Source: Verrucomicrobiales bacterium
GTDB taxonomy: Bacteria; Verrucomicrobiota; Verrucomicrobiia; Verrucomicrobiales; V1-33
Reading direction: 5' to 3'
DNA length: 64,000 nucleotides
Assembly: GCA_031411295.1 (NCBI GenBank)
Contig: JANOAV010000072.1
Coordinates: 1-64,000 of the forward strand
In this document: piece by piece, positions 48,166 to 55,900 of the stretch
Layout of the letters: every line of letters begins with the position of its first letter
Numbering within the stretch: position 1 is the first letter of the stretch
Program-made: the position numbers and the translations under genes
Notes under the pieces: model-generated
Database searches by the model: none
Told to the model about the DNA's origin: nothing
Seen by the model: the letters and a program-made list of their open reading frames with translations, nothing else

Positions 48166-49041
48166 ATGGAATTACGCCACCTGCGCTACTTCGTGGCAGT
48201 GGCGGAGACGCAGAATATCTCCCAGGCTGCCGCCAAACTCAATGTCTCCCAGCCACCGCTGAGTCGCCAGATCCGCGATTTGGAGGAAGAACTGGGCGTG
48301 GCCTTGTTTGAACGCAGTGCCAAGGCGGTGCGTCTAACGGAATCCGGGCGCGTCTTTCTGGGCGAAGCCCAAGCGGTATTGCAACGGGCCGCCGAAGCCA
48401 TAATCGCAGTCAAAGCGGCCGCTGGTGGCTGCCTGGGGGAAATTCACGTGGGCTTCGCGCCTTCCCTCACGGTGGAAATTTTACCCTTGGCGCTGCGTCG
48501 ATTTCAGGAGGCCAATCCAGGCGTGAAGGTGACCCTACACGATCTCTCCAGCGAAGAACTCCGCCACGGTCTACGGGAACGCAAACTCAATCTGGCCCTC
48601 ACGGTCAGTGATCCGCACCAGCGCCCGCGCGGGCTCCAATTTATTCCGCTGCGCGAATACGCCATTTGCGTAGCCCTGTCCCCCACCCATCCGCTGGCAT
48701 CCGCAAAATCCGTCCGGTTGTCCCAGGCCGCGCAGGATCGGCTCATTGCCTACAGTCGGCAGGAATATCCGGAGTATCATGAATGGCTGGGTGAGTTATT
48801 CTCCAAGCAACCTTCCGGCCCCCAAGTGGCGGAGGAGCACGCGAGCGTCACCAGCTTGATTGCCGCCATCGAAGCCGGACGGGGCATTGCCATCGTGCCG
48901 TCATGCCTTTCCTGCCTGGCCGGGCCCCGCCTCACCCTGAAACCACTGTTGCCGGCTCCCACCCCCCTGCACGTGGGAATCCTGCATCGGCGGGAAAAAC
49001 TCTCCGCCCAGGAAATGTCGTTCATTGCGGCCGCCCACTAG
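48166..49041 (+). CDS. LysR-family transcriptional regulator (BenM/CatR/AlsR-like)
   Basis: MELRHLRYFVAVAE..N...AA..L.VSQPPLSRQIRDLEEELG. Confidence 0.95.
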   Translation: MELRHLRYFVAVAETQNISQAAAKLNVSQPPLSRQIRDLEEELGVALFERSAKAVRLTESGRVFLGEAQAVLQRAAEAIIAVKAAAGGCLGEIHVGFAPSLTVEILPLALRRFQEANPGVKVTLHDLSSEELRHGLRERKLNLALTVSDPHQRPRGLQFIPLREYAICVALSPTHPLASAKSVRLSQAAQDRLIAYSRQEYPEYHEWLGELFSKQPSGPQVAEEHASVTSLIAAIEAGRGIAIVPSCLSCLAGPRLTLKPLLPAPTPLHVGILHRREKLSAQEMSFIAAAH

Positions 49042-49056
49042 CCCGCCATGGCTGCA

Positions 49057-49905
49057 TTACTGCGCCAAACTTTGCTTCACCAAATCCAACGAAGCCGTGC
49101 CAATGGCAAAGCCGAGCGTCACCACTAACACCATGAGAGAATCATGGATGCGGTCGTCCTGCAACGCGCTGATGGCCGTGAGTTCCGCGTCGTTCAGCAG
49201 GAAAATTTGCCCGTCCCGCCAGCCGGCAATTTCCAAAGCATCCGGCACCAACTGCGTGTCATTCGTCATGCCGATGTAGGAGCTCCCGAGCGGCTGCCCC
49301 CACTTGTCCAGGGCACTGGGAAGCGCGCAGACGATCCCTTCCGGCCAGCCCGCGCCCGCTTCATCCGTGGCGGTGCGAATGGCTTCACCGAGAAATTTCC
49401 GCAAGGCGCGACGTTGTTCTCCCTTGATTGGGATCGCCTCACCACCCGCGCGTTCCCACAAAATTTCCTGGTCCCGCGCAAACGACCAACGCCGCCCCGC
49501 CCAGGAAATTTTGATCCCGCTCTGGCCCAAGTCGCACACCATGCCGCGCAGACCCATTTCCTCCAGAATCATCATGCCGCCCGCCTCTCCGGCAAAGCGG
49601 CCGCCGCAGCCCTGCCAAATGGGCAGCCCCGTAGCTGCCGCCACGGCCGCAAAGTCCACTCCGTCCGTGGCCCCGCCATCGACATAAACGCCATCATACT
49701 CCACCCAATCCATCGTCTGCATCAGCTTGCCAAAGGCCGCCTCTTGCAGATTGGAAATCAAGCGCACTAACGCCTCCGTCCTCAGGCTGGTCCCCTCTGT
49801 TGGCTCATCCGATGTTTCCGTCAGAAAGGGGACCGAGGAGAATCCGCGAACGAAATCAAGGTTGATGCGAGTTTGAGTGAATTCCGGAAACGACGTCACA
49901 GCCAT
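49057..49905 (-). CDS. ROK-like / ASKHA-fold protein
   Basis: DLGQSGIK, ALP, LLNDAELTA, VTLGFAIG. Confidence 0.6.
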   Translation of the reverse strand: MAVTSFPEFTQTRINLDFVRGFSSVPFLTETSDEPTEGTSLRTEALVRLISNLQEAAFGKLMQTMDWVEYDGVYVDGGATDGVDFAAVAAATGLPIWQGCGGRFAGEAGGMMILEEMGLRGMVCDLGQSGIKISWAGRRWSFARDQEILWERAGGEAIPIKGEQRRALRKFLGEAIRTATDEAGAGWPEGIVCALPSALDKWGQPLGSSYIGMTNDTQLVPDALEIAGWRDGQIFLLNDAELTAISALQDDRIHDSLMVLVVTLGFAIGTASLDLVKQSLAQ

Positions 49906-49979
49906 TACTTTTGGGATGAGGGTTTCAATGCGGCAGTCCGAAACTTAGACCGGGAGGCTTCACTGGCAACCGAGGAAAT

Positions 49980-52900
49980 TCACTTCACCAACTCCAGCAG
50001 TCGCGCTTTGATTTGCTCGTAGTTGCTGTTCCCCAACGGGCCGTTGGCCGACCAGAAACGATGGCTAACTGTGTTCGCGTTCTTGTTATCGATGATGGAA
50101 AAGTGGGTGGCCCCTGGTAAAATTTCGAAGGATTTCCACATATGGAATTCTCCCTCCTGCGGTGTTGCGCTGGTCACTTTAGGTGGGACGGATGTCTGAC
50201 CCAGGCCTGTAATCCACTTCTTCAATGCGGTTAGTCTTGCCGGCTCGAGCTTTCGTTCTATCATTCGGTCGGGCGTGGGGAGGAACTGGATCTTCCCATC
50301 TTCCGCAATCTTCAGCTTCAGCATCCTTTCACCGTCCGATTGCTCCTCCTTCCATTCGATAACGCCATGGCGTTGGTTTGCTAACGCACGACTCAAGGCA
50401 TATTTGATGGCTCTGGCGTCCAACTCCTGCAGACATTTTCTGATGTTCGTCAGTTCATTTTCTTTTGTTATGTTGTCGGTCGGAAAAAGTGCCAAAACCT
50501 TGCTGTCAGGCTGGATGCGCAGAAAAATCTCCGGCTTGAAATGCCATGGGTTGTCGGGCTCGGCATCCGCGCTGGAAACTTCTTGGTTTTTAGTATCAGG
50601 AGCGTGCGAGTCGTGGACCTTGATCCTAAATGTTTGGCGCTGGAACGTCTGCCCATCCACGACAAATTTCTCAGGTGCATCCGAAGCCCAGTTCGCTGGC
50701 AGCTTGCTAACCGTCCCGTCCTTGTGCTCCACAATGACGTCCCCATGCAGGCTCCAGGCTTCTTCTTTGGTCCGTGTGTCCACTGTTAGAGTGTGTTTCA
50801 ACGGCTCGCTGGAGTAGATTCTCACCCGCTCCACGCCACGCGTGATAACCAACAGGGAACCCTCCGCATCCTGCAAGAGTTCCACTTTCGGCACGGCCCT
50901 GGCTTGGTCCTGAGCGGCCTTGAGCGCCTCCCGCCGCCGAACTTCCTCCTCCGGTCCCTGCACCATATTCATCAACACCTTGCCGGTGGTGAAGGATTTC
51001 ATCGGGACTTGCGGGCGAATGATTTGATCGAGATCAAACCAGAGCCGACACGTCCTTTCATTCTCTGGGAGATGAATGGATGGCGCAGGTTGGTCGGCAA
51101 ACTGGGAAATAGTAATGGCATCAATGGAGAATGCTAACTGCTCGCCTGGGCCGAGTTTCTTGGTAATCAGCGCATCGTTGCCAAACAATTTCCCAAACCA
51201 CTCCTGACAGGTGAGCGCATTGCCGTGCTCGTCCTCCGCCAGGAAATGCAGCGTATTGGAAGACTGGCATAACGTAAACTCCCGAGTCTCTGTGGCTGAA
51301 GTGTTTTGCACCACAATCCAGCCTGCGCAGGGCTCACCCCACACCGACTTGCCCAGCATGATCAGGCCCGCCTGCAATCCCTGCTGCTCCGCGCCCCAAG
51401 CCGTGATCGTATTCAATTCGTTCACCACGCCTTTACCTGCGGCCACCTTCTTGCAGTGCTCCGCAAATGTCATTGTGGCATGGGCGTCCCGCCCATCAGC
51501 CCTGCGACTACCCGGAACAATGGAAACTTTCGGCTTCGGAGGAGACTGGACTTTGGTGGGATCAGGCGTTGAATCTGCGGGGGATGCCTCTAGGCTAACG
51601 GGCGGGACGCCCGTGCCACGTTCAAGGAGAGGGGGCGTCCCGCCCCCCTTGTTATCATTTTCTTTTTCAGGAGGGGCGGGCCGCCCCTCCTCCTTTATGG
51701 CCTTGATTTCCGGGAGGATCAGGGGGGCTGGTTTCACGTTAGGTTTCTCTACCTCCACGGTGAACTGGCTGCTGGCCACGTGCGATTTCTCCCCGTCCTT
51801 GCTAAAGAAGATTTGATACCGCCCGGGCAGCATTCCTGGAATGGCGAAGCTGCCATCCACATTCACTTTCAAGCCATCGCGGAAAAACACCGGGCCCTTG
51901 GGACTGTTCTGGAAATCGCGCCACGCTTGCCACATCATATCATCGCCTGCGAAACCAATGTGTGGCGCAGTCGGATGAAAATGAAACGTCACGCCATCCC
52001 AGTTGTCCCGACCCATTAGTTGCCCTTTCACCAGGCGACCCACGCCGCCCATCGTCACTTCAGTTTGCGGTGCTTTCACATCCGCATGAATGGTCATGCC
52101 GTCTTGATAGGTGGTGAACTCAGCCCCCTTGGCATCCTTTGTTTTAAAAGGAATGGAAAGCTGCGCCAAGCCCGGCAACACCCGCTCGAAAGTGAAATTC
52201 CCCTCCGCATCCGCCGTGGTGGAATCGCTCTGGGAAATGATGTCAGGGTAACCATAAGCATCCCCGTGGTTCACCGAGAGATCTATCGTCTCGCCAGCGC
52301 CCACTCGGTCACCCCAATGAACACGCCCGCGAATCCTCCCCCATGGTTGAAGCGTCACGTTAGGGTTTACCAGCCATTTGGCGTAAGACATTTCCAGCAC
52401 GCCGTCTTGGTGATAAATCAGCACCACCGCGGTGGGATCGATTTCTGTGGGAAGAGTAAATTTCCCCGCGTCATCTGCACTCACACTGCGCGGCCGATCC
52501 CATTGCTCCCGTGGAGTTGTCGGACCTCCTGCTAAATCTGCAATGTCATCTGAATGCGCTTCTTTCGCGAGATAACGGAAATTGCGTCGAATCATGGCCA
52601 GGACCACCGTGGCCTTACTGGCAGGCGACTTTCCATCCGGCAAGGTGACACTTCCTGACACACCTTGATCAGGCACAAACTTGAAAGACAACTCCTGCCC
52701 ACCTTTCTTCCGATCCAATCCAGCCACCATCTGCGGCACATAACCATCCGCTTCAACCCGCAGCGCCATGTCATCATAGGCCTTATCCAGCGGCCAAATC
52801 AGCCCTTCCCGATGCCCGAAATGCAGCGTGTGGGATTGCCAATTCGCCACCTTCACATTATGCGCTTTTTCAAATTCAGCGGAAACACTCGACGGCACGC

Positions 52901-55900
52901 CAGCGATGACGCGGAAGTCTTTCAGGGGCTTCCCCTCAGCATCCATCACCTTGATCTGAATGCCATTCTGGCGCGCTTCCGCGAGCTTGTCAGGAGCAGT
53001 GGGCGGAGCGAAGGGATCGGCCGTGGGGTGCAGAGGATCAGTGGTCGAAATCATTTTTCCGGGAGGTTGGAGGGAGCGTATTTTAGCGGTTGGGCCGGAG
53101 TTCGGTTCGCCCGTTAATTCCTGGATCAACTTGTTGGCACGGTTTATTTGGTTGATTCTCGGATCAGTGCTGGGAGGTATAATAGACCCGTGTGTAAGCA
53201 GGCTCGACGAGTTGGCTTTCATAGAATCAGGATCGGTGATGGTCCGATTCAATGGTGCGTCTCCCGGGGCGTTGACGCGAAATGCCCCTCCTATCATGGG
53301 AATGTAACTCGGAGGATAATTCTCCTCCAGCCATGGCAACCCTCTCGGCGCATCCGTGACCATTTCCATGGCGGCTCCATTCGTCTCCTCCGCTAACCAA
53401 CCGGATGGCTTCGGCTGAACTTTTGGAGACAGCAGGGAGAGATTTTCTGCGATACGGAGGTTCAGGGCATCGGGTGGAGTTGGCGCAAGGGGCGCAGCAA
53501 ACGTGGCATGGGCGTCCCGCCCATCAGCCTTAACGCTGCCCGGGTCAGGAGAAATGTTGTTGTTCGGAGTAGGCTCGCCTTTAGTGGGATCGCGAGTTGG
53601 TGCTGTGTCTGGGCTTACGGGCGGGACGCCCGTGCCACGTTCAAGAGGGGCGGGACTGCCCGCATCCTGTTCTAGAATCTTAATGGGGATATCTGCCGCA
53701 GCAAGCCTGCCAGTCCACTCCCCAGCAGGCGTGGGCAGCATGTGACCGGACTCATCCAGAACATCATATCCGCTAAGATTGCAGATAACTCTCAACTTAC
53801 AATCCCCCGCAGCATTGACGCAGATGGGATTCGTTGGCAGCGGCTTACTCGGATTGGTAGCGCCTGCAGGAATGAAGGTAGTGTTGTTCGCACGCTCGGA
53901 TTCAACCATAAGCGTCATTTGGTAATTGGCTGAGAGTTTCAATGCACGGCCTGGTTCCAGTCGGCAATGCTGCCCTTTGGTGGGATTCATGATGATGCCA
54001 GTAGATGAGATTTCCTCCTTGGGGCCATGAATTTGCGCATAGAAATTATGCTTCGGTGCTAAGCTGTAGGAAAATTTGATAGGTTTTTGGCCGTCGTTGC
54101 GGAGATAAATTGAGGTCAGCTTTATCTCATCCCCAAACTTATACGATGGCGTTGGCTCCAATTGAGCAACCCCTAACCTCAGTCCAACTGGGTTAGGCTC
54201 ACCCCAAACAACTCCTGGGAGATCCGCTGCCATTAGCTCACCAGCTTGGTAGCGGTCGTCTGGCAGGATCGGACGGGCTTTATCCCATTCATCAGCAACT
54301 CTGCCAGCAGTGGACGTCAATTTCGTAAGCGTCTCCCGGCCTGTTGCAGCGAATTGTGAATCGGGATGCGCTGCAAGCCATGTCTTCACCTCTTCGACGG
54401 CTCTCTCATAGCTCCGGGGCGTGCCTTGCTGCACCTCGTCCAACCAACCAAGCGCAATTTCCGCGAGGGTCTCGTCCCCCGATTTCATCATTTCAGATGC
54501 GACAAAGAGCATTTTATCTGGCCGCTTAAATTGCTCTGGTTCGCGCATCCAAGCTGCAATACCTAGATGCGAAGGATGGCCGGGAATCGGCCCGTAGTAA
54601 AGGTCAGGATCGGGAAAATTCCACACCTTGAAATAAAAGTGGTCACTCCCTGCCTTGAAGTAAATGGAAGGGCCTTGATCCGCCAGCGCGACTGAAAAGA
54701 CATCCTTTCGTTCTCGGAAAAGTTTTGGCTTTCCTGGATATGGCTCTAATACTTCTGGGAACTTACTAGCATCCGTTTGACCAGGGAAATCTCCGAGATT
54801 TACCCCGCGGATTTTCATCATGGGGCGGTGTTTTACGATCTCGCCGCGAAGTGCATTTTCTGTCAGTTGCTTCAACTTTTCCCGTGTTGAGATCAACTCA
54901 GCAGAGCGCATGTTGGGATGATTTTTGCTAAGAGTGTCTAGCAACTTGGCTGCATCCTTGAACTTGTAGTAAGCAGCGGTGTTGTCTTTTGCTTCCAAGA
55001 GTTTCTCCCCATCGGCTGCTAGAGCACATGCTTCAAGGTATTGAGCATCAGCTAGCGATGCCGTGGCGGGGGCATTCTGTCCCCTAGCCGGAGCGCTGGC
55101 CGGGTCAGGGGAAATGTTGTGGTTCTGAGTAGGCTCGCCTTTAGTGGGATCGCGAGTTGGTGCTGCTGCCGAAGCGTCCGGGCTTACGGGCGGGACGCCC
55201 GTGCCACTTGCTAGAGGTCCGAAGTTGGCTTTGGTGCAGCCTTGGATGATCTTCTGCAATGCTTCTGCGGAAATATCCGCCGAGGCTGCTATCGTAACGC
55301 GCTGGGTTGGCTTCAGGTCTCCTTGCGTGGAGGCGCGCTTCATTTCCCAGTCTAATGCTAGTGCTTTGATGGTTTGGGCTAGCTCATCCATTGTGCAGGT
55401 TTTCTTCTCGCTCTCCAGACTGACTGTCAGTGTGCTGGCTTTATCCATCTGGACGGAAAGGTTCTGGACGTTGGCTAGATTTATCCGCTCCGGATTTCCC
55501 GCCGTGCTCCAGGAATACAGTGTGCTGGCATCCGGTTGTTGATCCTGCGGCACCTCCATAAGCGTGGCCATCTGCGCCATTACCTCAGCCGACGGCGGAT
55601 GCTCCTTGGGCCAGCCATTGGTAGAGGTTTCCGTGATCAGATTCGGGTCGGAAAAGTCCACCCGCGTGAAGCGATTTGCGATCGGCTTGCCCGACGCATT
55701 TTTCGCATTGCTACTCACATCCCTTGAGGCAATCCACAGCACCGCATGCTGCGCATCCCAAGCTACTGCATAGAGAGATCGTGCCGCAAAGACATCGCCC
55801 GCAATCCAAGTGGACCAATGCTGAGCTGGCCGATTCCCCAACGCTGGCCAACTAAGGATGGCAGTAGTGGACACATCCGAGCCATGAATTACTTCGCCAT

